63,465 nt of DNA, filler included, from Octopus bimaculoides (GCF_001194135.2; 5 parts of 5 records of this genome joined end to end with filler, not necessarily neighbours in it), one strand, 5' to 3'; positions 25,132-37,580 are shown, numbered from the whole stretch's first letter. Notes: a model not told the origin generated them from the letters alone. Made by a program: numbers and translations.

Positions 25132-25700
25132 CTATTGCGCCTTGCTATGGTCACTAACCAGCGTAAAATTAATTGCAGAAGTTGAGGCAATCCAACGAAG
25201 CTACATGACGAAGATAGCCTCAATGCAGCATATAAGCTACTGCGAAAGACTCATGAGATTGATACTCTATTCCCTACAGTGTAGGTGGGACAGACATGAA
25301 ATAATATATATCTAGAAGACCCTGGAGGGTCTTGACCCGAACTTTGGCATCGAGAGTTACTCTAATGCTAGAACAGGGCACTACTGCACGGTGCCAAAGA
25401 CTCCAACTTTGCCATCAAGATATAGGACACTATATTGCAATAGCATGGGCTTTAAAAGATCACAGTCCTTCATTATCCTCCCAAAGGACCTCAGAGACGT
25501 ACATTTGGTACTCTAAAGTGCCCCAGACGAATCAACTTCACAGTAGGAAGTGTAGACGAGGGCAGCGGCATGAAGCTCCCACATGCACCAAACCTCAATT
25601 TCTAAAAAAGAATTAGTGAAGTAAAATATGTAGCAAGACCAAATGGCGGTACTCCAGCAACGCCACAGTTCATGAGCTGAAACTCGATCAAATCAAATGA
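25128..25700 (+). mobile_element. 5'-truncated CR1-like LINE 3' fragment
   Basis: DYCALLWSLTSVKLIAEVEAIQRSYMTKIASMQHISYCERL...PNFGIESYSNARTGHYCTVPKTPTLPSRYRTLYCNSMGFK. Tail ggcggtactccagcaacgccacagttcatgagctgaaact. Confidence 0.85.
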
Positions 25701-25908
25701 AATGAAATATATATACATATATAATGTATGCATGGTTGTATGTATGTATGTATGTATGTATGTATATGAAATCATCATGCACAGGCGGTCACTTGTAAAA
25801 TAATAAGACCCATCTCAAAAGTGGCAGGTCGTAGTCATCGCATGTGTGGAACTACCGGTCAGGCGATGGCAATATTCGAATGCGAGTTTGCAGCCATCAT
25901 ATGTGTGG

Positions 25909-25965
<57 letters not shown>

Positions 25966-26037
25966 GATGTGCTTCTGGTTTACCTTGAAGAGATAAACTG
26001 TTAGTTTTCAGTAAGTGCATGTGTATGTCTATAAATA

Positions 26038-26071
<34 letters not shown>

Positions 26072-26732
26072 CGCATGAGATTCTGTGGTTTAGTGTATAG
26101 ATTCATTCGCATAAATGCCAAATATGTGACAATTATATGACACATACTCCCTTTACAGCAAAAGTAATTTTCTAAACAGTTACAAGTCAGACACGCTAAC
26201 CATAGACTGAAGACATCTCTATATCATCTCATTTAATTGTATTCCATTCCTTTGTATTTTCTCTCTTTCTTTATGTATGTTCTTATTTTCAGCCAGCCTG
26301 TATTTTGATTTTTCCTTTAGATCTACGTATCCCTAATGGTTGAGAATATAAAAGTTTTGAGCCTTTATAATGATATTTATCTCCAGTAATTACCACTTAG
26401 CAAATATAAAAGATCTTTGTTCAGTGAGTTCTATTGCAGACTGGTGGTCACCTCTAACTAAATGAATTTTTTACTATTTTCATGATAGTGAATTCGTATT
26501 AACGCTTTACGTACTCTGTTGTATTAATTTCTACGACATTAATTGACTGTTGCATGGATATGTATAAATATTTATGTTCACACATCCAAACACACACATG
26601 CACACACACTCACAAATACGCACAGACACACCATCTATTTTGTATAATTTTTCCATTATATATATACATATATATGATACACACACACAGACACACACAC
26701 ACACATGCACACAAGCACACACACAGACACAG

Positions 26733-26773
<41 letters not shown>

Positions 26774-26865
26774 GATAGATAGATAGCTAAATAGGTATAT
26801 ACATATACACATACATATATATATATATATATATATTAGCAAACACACTAATATGATACGTAATA

Positions 26866-26965
26866 NNNNNNNNNNNNNNNNNNNNNNNNNNNNNNNNNNN
26901 NNNNNNNNNTTAATTAATTAANNNNNNNNNNNNNNNNNNNNNNNNNNNNNNNNNNNNNNNNNNNN
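26866..26965. other. Scaffolding join marker N44-TTAATTAATTAA-N44 (also 42821-42920, 50675-50774, 61527-61626)
   Basis: All four have exactly 44 N + 12 nt + 44 N = 100 nt. The 12-mer gives stop codons in all six frames. Confidence 0.95.
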
Positions 26966-27236
26966 TGAGTGCGTGCGTGCGTGCGTGCGTGCGTGCGTGT
27001 GTGTGTGTGTTCGAGTTTCATCGGACAGCCTTCAAATTTTCTATCCAAAGAGATTATATTATGTATGGTTTTATTTATTTATTTTTATCTTTAATCCTAT
27101 AAACAGAATAAGTATAGCTATATTAAGGACGTCCACAATCATAGTCATTCTATTTTCCTAGGGAGACAACCGGTTCTATTCTTTTTCTATCAATTACGAA
27201 AGTCTTAGTTCATAGCGTCTGAATTACAGTTTAAAA

Positions 27237-27497
27237 CAGTGGTTCCCAAACTTTTTCAGATAGCTGCCCCCTTGGTACTCAAACCACATTCCTAGCGCTT
27301 CCACCTCACTCAACAAATTTAAAACAACTGCATTTTACAAATAAAAATTAACCTAATTAACCCATTATTTTTTTGTTTTTACATCCATTACCCACCTTTT
27401 GGCCACTCCATTATCGCCCTATTTTTCTTCAACGCCCCTCTGGATCTTTCCACTGCCTCCAGGGGGCAGGCAGTACCGGTCACTTTGGGAACTACTG
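27237..27497. mobile_element. hAT (Charlie-like) MITE, 261 bp
   Basis: TIRs cagtggttcccaaa / tttgggaactactg. Perfect 8-bp TSD GTTTAAAA at 27229-27236 and 27498-27505. Confidence 0.9.
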
Positions 27498-27583
27498 GTT
27501 TAAAAGATGTAATTCTAAATTTCGAGTACGATAACAAGCAAAATTTTATATCACTATTAATTGATTACAAATTAGACTTACAT

Positions 27584-28020
27584 TTTACCTTTTACTTTGT
27601 TTGAGTCATTTGACTGCGGCCATGGTGGGGCACGGCGTTGAAGGGTTTTAGTTGAAGAAATCCACTCCAGGATTTATTATTTTTTGAATCCAATATTTAT
27701 TTTATCCGTCTCTTTTGCCGAACCGCTAAGTTACGAGGATGTAAACACACCGACACCGGTTCTCAAGCGGTGGTGGGGAACAAACACAGGCACACTTTGA
27801 TATATACATATATACATACATACACACACATATATATATATATATATACATACATACATATATACGTTGGTCTTCTTCCAGTTTCCATCTACCAAATCCA
27901 CTCACAAGGCTTTAGATTGACCATGGCTATAGTAGAAGATACTTGCCCAAGGTGCAACACAGTGGGGATGAACCTGGAACCATACGGTTGGGAAGCAAGC
28001 TTTTTACTTCACAGCCACAC
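27584..28020 (-). mobile_element. Composite SINE BC, near full length
   Basis: C module, then an internal (TA/CA) tract at 27800-27865, then a B module with tRNA-like head. Confidence 0.9.
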
Positions 28021-28226
28021 GTTTATTTGATCTTTCCCGGACCAATCTTACTCATCAAATTGCTTGTGCCATTGTCACTATAAGTATCTCTAGGATTTAT
28101 CCTTTCATTTCATTTCTTTCTTTTTTCTTTCCTTTATATTCTCTCTGCTAAATTTCTATGGTGTCTTTAGACATCTCCACTTAACAACTTTATATAATAA
28201 TCAACAATATCTCCCTTAATTAACAC

Positions 28227-29144
28227 TTGCGTATTATCCTTGGCAATGCAGGAATTTCAACCATGTTTCGTGGTCTGCTACCACAACAGCTCCTTTATAG
28301 GATCCAGTTAGCTGAAGACATCATCAGGAGGAACCACGTCCGGTTTCGGCTCCTACTCCTCTACCGTTTTGACGTGGCGGGGCCCCTCCTTTCGGAGGTG
28401 TCTTCAGCTCTGGTGTTGGGTGCATGTCTTCTTTCTTCTATTCCCTGGCCTCTTCGATGCAGCATCAACGAGTGTCAGCGTCCGACTGATCGTCGTGTCA
28501 AGTTCCCCTTTTTATATCTGCTGCTAGGCTCCAGCAGGCAGCCCCAGCTAGTTGTCACGTGACACTGTCTAAATTTCCCGCTGCTAGAGTCCAGNNNNNN
28601 NNNNNNNNNNNNNNNNNNNNNNNNNNNNNNNNNNNNNNNNNNNNNNNNNNNNNNNNNNNNNNNNNNNNNNNNNNNNNNNNNNNNNNNNNNNNNNNNNNNN
28701 NNNNNNNNNNNNNNNNNNNNNNNNNNNNNNNNNNNNNNNNNNNNNNNNNNNNNNNNNNNNNNNNNNNNNNNNNNNNNNNNNNNNNNNNNNNNNNNNNNNN
28801 NTGTTATGACTTTCAAGCCATATTCGGTCTTCCCGCTTCAGCCATATATAGAAGCTGGCTTTTTCGACCGCCTCCTGTATCCTCCTTATCAGTTTTCTAA
28901 GTTCCGAGTTTGAAAACGCAAGTCTTCTCTTGAATAGCGTTGTCATTTTTCTTTCAATGAAGCCTCTAGCCCCCACTGCCAGATGGTAGTACTCGACAGT
29001 CCATCCCTGTTCTCTGCACTCTTCGATTAGTTTTTCATATCTCTCCTCTTTTCGTTTCTCTGCATTGTCGATGTTTTCTTCCCATGGTACTGTCAGTTCT
29101 AGCAAGATTCCTATTCTCTGTTCTATTATGCTCGTTGCGTCCAT
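28227..29144 (-). mobile_element. 5'-truncated REL-endonuclease non-LTR retrotransposon (HERO/NeSL-like), gap inside
   Basis: Open frame 29144-28802 reads ILLELTVPWEENIDNAEKRKEERYEKL...GW...VGARGF...EAVEKASFYIWLKR, the C-terminal restriction-like endonuclease signature. 28227-28594 is inferred to be 3'UTR. Confidence 0.8.
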
Positions 29145-29865
29145 AACTTTTATTCTTATTTAACATAATTGTGTAAAACAAATACTGTAGGCCTAATTGC
29201 CGCCCACTCGACATCCTTCAAATTAAGCTAATAAATAAGCTAACTAAACTAAATAGCTTGTTTATTTGTAGATAACGACCGCGACATGCTTCAGAGAACT
29301 GAACAAATAAAATTTCTAATCGATGCTATTGAAAATAGTTAAAACACACTTACGCTGCGGAATGTCACCACAATCATTGAAAGTTTGAGATAGGAAATGT
29401 CATTTATCTTTTCTCTATTCTCCGACGTCGTTATTTTTTTTTATTTTGATGAATAATGTTTAGTCAACAATTGCGTATGCGATTGCCTTCTCGCTTTCCT
29501 AACGTCTACTATCTCTGACAACCTAATTAAACCAAGTGGATTTCCGATTGGCAGGTTACATTCTAGCCTCCTCTCCTGTTTTTAGTCTTTGGTTTTCTTG
29601 GTTTGCACAGCACATTCCGCTAGAGTACGCCATCAAGCCTCAGCTCGATATTTCTTCTCATGCAACACGTTCCAGCCTAATGATTTGAGAAGTTTTCTGT
29701 TGTGCATTTCAGTGTCTTACAGATGTTCAACTCTGTTCATATTTGCGTGTACGATGTTACAATGCAATAACACCTCTTAATAAAACGATTGTAGCGATAC
29801 CGTATAAACCATTCGTTTGTTGTCATAGATAAGATAGATAGATAGATAGATAGTGAGAGAGAGAT

Positions 29866-29905
<40 letters not shown>

Positions 29906-31957
29906 AATCATAAAAAGNNNNNNNNNNAAGAACAAACACAAAAATCAACAACGCGAGGACGTGGTACATGTAAAGTATTAGCAGACGCTCAGGGAAAGAA
30001 AGAAAGATACAACTGAAGAAATTGGAGCTAAGAAGAGGGAGTACGTTTTGACATTTGTTTATTATTCTCTACAATTGTTTCGACACAAAGTAGTTTTCCA
30101 AGAATACAGTTATTTGATTACTGTTTGTTTGCATAATGAGATCTAGTTGTGTTTTCTCGGGCGATATACAAGTGTTGTCTCCGTTAGTTTAAAATCTTCG
30201 ACTTCAAAGCTGTCCTCTCTGTTTGTAGTAGTTTGAATTTGGCTGTGGCTGTAATCCTCATGGTGCAAGCTGTGAGAGCGCGTTTGTCCGACTACTACGG
30301 AAGGTAGAGTGTGGCACAGGCTAGCCTTTCAGTAGTATTGCTTTCTATTTGTTTGTATTTCAGGTTTGTTCTTCGTGGTTGGCTGCACATGTGGATTTCC
30401 TTCTCTGACCTTTGGTATTCATTGGTCAGATACACACACACATGCATTCTCACACACAAACCTATTTATATATACCCTTGCACACACGTACACGCACTCA
30501 CATATACATATGCGTAGATTCCTGTACACATGCTTATATACATACATTTGTACANNNNNNNNNNNNNNNNNNNNNNNNNNNNNNNNNNNNNNNNNNNNNN
30601 NNNNNNNNNNNNNNNNNNNNNNNNNNNNNNNNNNNNNNNNNNNNNNNNNNNNNNNNNNNNNNNNNNNNNNNNNNNNNNNNNNNNNNNNNNNNNNNNNNNN
30701 NNNNNNNNNNNNNNNNNNNNNNNNNNNNNNNNNNNNNNNNNNNNNNNNNNNNNNNNNNNNNNNNNNNNNNNNNNNNNNNNNNNNNNNNNNNNNNNNNNNN
30801 NNNNNNNNNNNNNNNNNNNNNNNNNNNNNNNNNNNNNNNNNNNNNNNNNNNNNNNNNNNNNNNNNNNNNNNNNNNNNNNNNNNNNNNNNNNNNNNNNNNN
30901 NNNNNNNNNNNNNNNNNNNNNNNNNNNNNNNNNNNNNNNNNNNNNNNNNNNNNNNNNNNNNNNNNNNNNNNNNNNNNNNNNNNNNNNNNNNNNNNNNNNN
31001 NNNNNNNNNNNNNNNNNNNNNNNNNNNNNNNNNNNNNNNNNNNNNNNNNNNNNNNNNNNNNNNNNNNNNNNNNNNNNNNNNNNNNNNNNNNNNNNNNNNN
31101 NNNNNNNNNNNNNNNNNNNNNNNNNNNNNNNNNNNNNNNNNNNNNNNNNNNNNNNNNNNNNNNNNNNNNNNNNNNNNNNNNNNNNNNNNNNNNNNNNNNN
31201 NNNNNNNNNNNNNNNNNNNNNNNNNNNNNNNNNNNNNNNNNNNNNNNNNNNNNNNNNNNNNNNNNNNNNNNNNNNNNNNNNNCCGTATTTTTATTTCTAT
31301 TACTCTCGATTTGACTTCTATTACTTTTATATTTTATTTTTTATTTTATTTTTTTATTCTTTAGCTTTTATTTTATTTTTGATCTTCTATTTCTATCTTA
31401 TATACTCTAGTTAAATACAATCCAATCTATTTATCATTCATTCTATGCTGAATTGTGGTACAGTATGGGAAGATTTCTGAAGTCCAGCGAACATTTATGC
31501 AGATATAACAGTTTAAAGGATAAGCCTATTATAATGGATAATACTAAGTGGACTTTTCCTTTTTCTCTCTCTTTTTCTTTTTTCTTTGTGATGTAATCTT
31601 GGGACTGAAAAATGTTTGCGGCTGAAGATAGCTTTAAATCATCCTTTATATCAACAATATATACTATGTAATGACAGTTTGTGTATAAAGCTTGAAACAC
31701 GTGTACCGCGATATCCTTTGTGTTCTTTCTTCAATTTACATTTTAATATATTCTTTCACCTCTGCCACTATCCGGCATATACAGGTGCTTACACTTATCA
31801 AATATTACCTCTAAAATTTACAGTATANNNNNNNNNNNNNNNNNNNNNNNNNNNNNNNNNNNNNNNNNNNNNNNNNNNNNNNNNNNNNNNNNNNNNNNNN
31901 NNNNNNNNNNNNNNNNNNNNNNNNNNNNNNNNNNNNNNNNNNNNNNNNNNNNNNNNN

Positions 31958-32004
<47 letters not shown>

Positions 32005-32029
32005 TATACATATGTATGCATATACACAC

Positions 32030-32320
32030 GCAACCATATCTCATCATTCTGAAAGGCAAACAGACGACACGCAACTTCACCAGGAGAAATAATATGGAGA
32101 TGGAAAGATGGAAAGATGGAAAAATTATATACCTAATAGAATGGACAATAATAATAAAAAGTTCACATCCATGAAAATATGCTCTCCAGCACATGTGACC
32201 TCTGCCTCGAGAAAGCCTTATGCATCCTGCTAAGTAAGGAAAATTTAGTAAACAAGCATTCTGAAAAAATTCCGTGATGTCCCTTCCGCACCAAACATGC
32301 ATTCGGAAGATTGAACACTG
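32030..32320 (+). mobile_element. Penelope-like element, C-terminal (GIY-YIG end) fragment
   Basis: TCDLCLEKALCILLSKENLVNKHSE at 32191-32265 matches the C.LCL.EK..I....LLNKRSE C-terminal motif of Penelope-like ORFs. Confidence 0.6.
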
Positions 32321-32501
32321 TGAAATAACGATAATCCTTCTGGGGGTTTTTCCTCTTACCTGCCTAAGTGTTCGTCTGTAGCGACGCATTCTTTCTTTTT
32401 TTCTTTTCTTTTCCTTTTTCTCTCCCTCTCTCTATATAAGTATGTTTGCCTGGTTGCTCATATCCCAATATCTTCTCTCCCTCTCTCTCTCTATGTATAT
32501 A

Positions 32502-32896
32502 CGTGGTCTGATCAATAGGTATCCGGCCTGTTGCCATAGTAACGACGCTAAGGCACGCAGAGTAAAGCCGCTCGGCACACATTGACCTTGAACTCTACTG
32601 TGCATGCGCACTAAGTTTTAACGTTTAGTTCGGTTCCGCTATTTACAGCAGTGCGTGGAAGTAACGTGTATAGCCTTTATTCGTCGCATTGACCATGACA
32701 GAGAAAGTTGAGCACAGAATACTGCATCAAAGCTTGGCGATACCTGTTCCAAGGCCTACGCAAAGCTTTCAAGTTTTCATCATTCTCGACATTATCAAGA
32801 AGATTTTGTGCAACTGAAACCCGAGTGTCTTTTTGGTCAACTGAAAGTAGTTTTGGCACAAATTTGGCACACACGCGTCTCATACCCAAATCTTCA

Positions 32897-32900
<4 letters not shown>
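32502..32900. mobile_element. Rearranged mariner: left TIR plus N-terminus on +, joined to an inverted internal segment
   Basis: TA|cgtggtctgatcaataggtatccgg terminus. The + strand reads MTEKVE...KLGDTCS.AYAK, and the - strand reads ITEDLGMRRVCAKFVPKLLSVDQKDTRVSVAQNLLDNVENDEN. The junction is at AAAGCTTT (32762-32769). Confidence 0.8.
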
Positions 32901-32936
<36 letters not shown>

Positions 32937-32940
32937 TACA

Positions 32941-33035
32941 CGACTGGCTTCTTTCAGTGTCCGTCTACCAAATCCACTTACAAGGTGTCACTCGAAACCA
33001 TGTCGTTACAAAGGAAAGTTCTTTCCACACAGCAT
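32941..33035 (-). mobile_element. SINE module B fragment
   Basis: cgactggcttctttcagtgtccgtctaccaaatccacttacaagg. Confidence 0.75.
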
Positions 33036-33452
33036 ACATGCACAAACGCAAACATTCACACACACACACATATACACATACATATGTGTGCCTGCGTGTG
33101 TGTGTGTGTGTGTGTGTGTACACACAAATTCATACAACACCACACGCGCATATATTGATAGAGATAGCTGGGAGAGAGAGAGACGGAGAAAAGCTGTGAA
33201 TTTCTATGTGATTATGTGTATGCGTAAGAATGATTTTTCATTGTGGAAAAGCAAAATATCCGACAGATGTCGTGATAATATTTAGCTGCCTATCTGTAAA
33301 TGTCACCGCTTTATTAATCATTATTTCTTACACTATATGTAACAGGTGCGAACATTTAAGATTTTATAACAGCATTTTTTTTTACATTACTTCAATAAAT
33401 TTGTAAGTTTGTGTCTGTTTGTATGCTTATGTGCGTATGTATACATTCCAGT

Positions 33453-33545
<93 letters not shown>

Positions 33546-35099
33546 NNNNNNNNNNNNNNNNNNNNNNNNNNNNNNNNNNNNNNNNNNNNNNNNNNNNNNN
33601 NNNNNNNNNNNNNNNNNNNNNNNNNNNNNNNNNNNNNNNNNNNNNNNNNNNNNNNNNNNNNNNNNNNNNNNNNNNNNNNNNNNNNNNNNNNNNNNNNNNN
33701 NNNNNNNNNNNNNNNNNNNNNNNNNNNNNNNNNNNNNNNNNNNNNNNNNNNNNNNNNNNNNNNNNNNNNNNNNNNNNNNNNNNNNNNNNNNNNNNNNNNN
33801 NNNNNNNNNNNNNNNNNNNNNNNNNNNNNNNNNNNNNNNNNNNNNNNNNNNNNNNNNNNNNNNNNNNNNNNNNNNNNNNNNNNNNNNNNNNNNNNNNNNN
33901 NNNNNNNNNNNNNNNNNNNNNNNNNNNNNNNNNNNNNNNNNNNNNNNNNNNNNNNNNNNNNNNNNNNNNNNNNNNNNNNNNNNNNNNNNNNNNNNNNNNN
34001 NNNNNNNNNNNNNNNNNNNNNNNNNNNNNNNNNNNNNNNNNNNNNNNNNNNNNNNNNNNNNNNNNNNNNNNNNNNNNNNNNNNNNNNNNNNNNNNNNNNN
34101 NNNNNNNNNNNNNNNNNNNNNNNNNNNNNNNNNNNNNNNNNNNNNNNNNNNNNNNNNNNNNNNNNNNNNNNNNNNNNNNNNNNNNNNNNNNNNNNNNNNN
34201 NNNNNNNNNNNNNNNNNNNNNNNNNNNNNNNNNNNNNNNNNNNNNNNNNNNNNNNNNNNNNNNNNNNNNNNNNNNNNNNNNNNNNNNNNNNNNNNNNNNN
34301 ACTACTGATCTTTATGCGCAGATTCCAAAATTTCAGTCTTATGGAACCTGTTAAAAGGATCTTGCTCCTGAAAAATGGAGGTCATGGAGCTTTTTGAGAA
34401 TCTTTTTGATTTGGGTCTTATATCTATTGTTCGAATTTCTTTGAAATAGGAAATATATGTATGTTCACTGGGTTTGTAAAAGGGAGCAAGGCTACAGGAA
34501 ACCAAAAGACGAATGATTACAATAAGCAGTCAGCTACCCTATCCTAGTCGTTACTACTCTCCAATGTATAATTCCTCACCATACAGGTGACAGGCACAGC
34601 CATAAGATGCATTACGGATCTATTGCAATTGAAAGGGCGTGACCCAACTCAAATAAACATTAACAACTAAGGGGAAATGAAAGTGTCACCTCTGGAGTTT
34701 GCAACTGACCACTATACCGATATTAACTGGACAGAATAAATTTACAATCTATAAATGTCTTTGAATAACCAGTCACTCATCTGGGAAGGCCTTGAAATCA
34801 ATGTTACCATCTGGGGACCATGTGTGACCCAGTGATAATAAAGAGACTCAAAGGAGGAGGTCTACAACGAAATAACTTTACTCAACACTTTACAACTGAA
34901 TCAGTAGATGGCAAAGATGCCTCTCATTTACTTGACGATTTAAGCACCACATTGCAGAAATCACAATCTAAGTATATCTCAAAGCAAACTCTTACACTGT
35001 TGTACCATTGAATTACAAATAACGCTTATCCTTTTGTGCTCGGATGACCCTACAGCTTCCAAGAATACAACTGTATTCGTCTTTGCTTAGATAAAATGA

Positions 35100-35730
35100 C
35101 TAAATTGTGGGTGTTAAGTCCCCATGAAGAGGTCTTTCTAACTTCTAAGATGAAATTTTAGAAATATTACTTCATTTGTGTCTAATATCTATGGTTAAAA
35201 TTTCATCAGCAGCAAAAATATATGAATTTTCATGGGGGTTATGGCCCTTATGCATAGAATATAATTTCCAAAGTTCATAAAGATCCATTCAGTTCTTTTG
35301 ACCTAGTTTTGGATCATCAAAAATGACTAAAATTTGGGAGTTAAGGCCTCCATTAGGGGTCTTAGAATCCTCATGGGAAGTGGAAACTTTGAGAATACTT
35401 CTTGATCTGTGTCAATTACCCATGGCTGAAACGTCATCGACATCGAAACTTTACAAATTTTCATGGGGGTTCTGCCCCCTTTAAGCCATCTCAAATTCAA
35501 ACCAAACATACTGCATTATACTCGCCCTTATGCATTGAATCTAAGTTCCAAATATCATAAGGATCCATTCGATAATTTTGGTCCATGAAATTGTATGAAA
35601 CACACAGCATTACCCTTCTCCCTTGCTTGGATTTTGTGTTCCAAATTTCATTAGGATCGGTGCAGTAGTTTTCGAATGTATAAGTAACACACGAACACAC
35701 ATAAAGACATTGACTTTTATATAATAGATA
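35100..35730 (+). mobile_element. Probable non-autonomous Helitron/HINE-like element (3' part)
   Basis: Internal sub-repeats (aaatttcat, tttcatgggggtt). The 3' end is aaatttcattaggatcggtgcagtagttttcga...ttgacttttatataatagat. Confidence 0.45.
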
Positions 35731-35782
35731 TGAACATGCACATATACATACATGTATATATGTGTGCGTGCGTGTGTGTGTT

Positions 35783-35816
<34 letters not shown>

Positions 35817-35894
35817 GACACAAAAGGATAGATTGATAGATACAACTGAGAGGGCAAACACAAATAAAACACTGCCTAGTGCTTTTTTTTATTT

Positions 35895-36212
35895 TGATAA
35901 GCCTGGTACTTATTCTATCAGTTTCTTGTTGTCAAACCAGTAAGATATGGAGATGTAAATAAACGAACAGCAGTTGTGAATCAGTGGTGAAGGAGAAACA
36001 CAGAGACAAAGACACACACATACACTTACATATATACATACATATATATACGATTGATTTCTTTCAGTTTCTGTCTACAGAATCCACTCACAAGGCTTTG
36101 GTTCGTCTGAGGCTATAGCAGAAGACACATGCCAAGTCACCACACAGTGGTACTGAACCGAGGACCACGTATTTTGCAAACAAGTTTCTTACCACACAGC
36201 CACACCTGCACC
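35895..36212 (-). mobile_element. Composite SINE BC, degraded
   Basis: aagcctggtacttattctatc (C module), then a (CA/TA) tract, then ctttcagtttctgtctac..aatccactcacaaggctttgg...ccacacagccacacctgcacc (B module). Confidence 0.85.
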
Positions 36213-36397
36213 TATGTATGTGTGTGTGTTTATGAATGTGTGTGTGTATGAGTGTATGTATGTATATATATATATATATATGTACACATATTACACGTAC
36301 ATCTATATATATATATACATCTACACATATACATGTATGCATACACATCTATATACATATACATCTATATATATATACATGTATATATATGCATCTC

Positions 36398-36447
<50 letters not shown>

Positions 36448-37269
36448 NNNNNNNNNNNNNNNNNNNNNNNNNNNNNNNNNNNNNNNNNNNNNNNNNNNNN
36501 NNNNNNNNNNNNNNNNNNNNNNNNNNNNNNNNNNNNNNNNNNNNNNNNNNNNNNNNNNNNNNNNNNNNNNNNNNNNNNNNNNNNNNNNNNNNNNNNNNNN
36601 NNNNNNNNNNNNNNNNNNNNNNNNNNNNNNNNNNNNNNNNNNNNNNNNNNNNNNNNNNNNNNNNNNNNNNNNNNNNNNNNNNNNNNNNNNNNNNNNNNNN
36701 NNNNNNNNNNNNNNNNNNNNNNNNNNNNNNNNNNNNNNNNNNNNNNNNNNNNNNNNNNNNNNNNNNNNNNNNNNNNNNNNNNNNNNNNNNNNNNNNNNNN
36801 NNNNNNNNNNNNNNNNNNNNNNNNNNNNNNNNNNNNNNNNNNNNNNNNNNNNNNNNNNNNNNNNNNNNNNNNNNNNNNNNNNNNNNNNNNNNNNNNNNNN
36901 NNNNNNNNNNNNNNNNNNNNNNNNNNNNNNNNNNNNNNNNNNNNNNNNNNNNNNNNNNNNNNNNNNNNNNNNNNNNNNNNNNNNNNNNNNNNNNNNNNNN
37001 NNNNNNNNNNNNNNNNNNNNNNNNNNNNNNNNNNNNNNNNNNNNNNNNNNNNNNNNNNNNNNNNNNNNNNNNNNNNNNNNNNNNNNNNNNNNNNNNNNNN
37101 NNNNNNNNNNNNNNNNNNNNNNNNNNNNNNTATATATATAAGTATATATATGAGATAAGTGAGATAAGTGAAACTATTAATGTGAAAATATTTGACATTA
37201 CAATAGAGAGATGTTATTGTTTCACTTTTGACACGTAATATTGCAATAGTAGAGGAGATATGATATTGC

Positions 37270-37432
37270 TCTGGGCTCGCACTAGGCAAGAAATAAAAGT
37301 TTTTGGGCCTAAGACACTACATGGACACTAAGTAATGCATGCGTAAAATTTGAATGAAATTGGTTGTGTAGTTCTCAAGTTTTAAGGGATTCACACAGAC
37401 ACACATTCTCACCTTTATATATATAGATATAT
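37270..37432 (+). mobile_element. Helitron/HINE-like 3' end
   Basis: aaaatttgaatgaaattggttgtgtagttctcaag...cacacagacacacattctcacctttatatatatagat has the same architecture as 35640-35730. Confidence 0.45.
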
Positions 37433-37478
37433 GTATTACACAGACAGACTGACAGATAGACAGACGGACGGACGGTCG

Positions 37479-37516
<38 letters not shown>

Positions 37517-37541
37517 TAGATAGATAGATAGATAGATAGAC

Positions 37542-37580
<39 letters not shown>

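Noticed and set aside
26910-26921. Recurrent TTAATTAATTAA 12-mer (4 copies) as a biological motif
   Set aside because: It is always centred in exactly 44+44 Ns and gives six-frame stops, so it is an artificial scaffolding linker.
29928-30340. Possible Penelope-like terminal or GIY-YIG fragment
   Set aside because: Only vague resemblance, with no clear motif in any frame, so it is not reported as a feature.
34620-34900. Possible decayed RTE endonuclease fragment (LEFATDHY…VTIWGP…)
   Set aside because: Too many stops and too little motif conservation to support a call.
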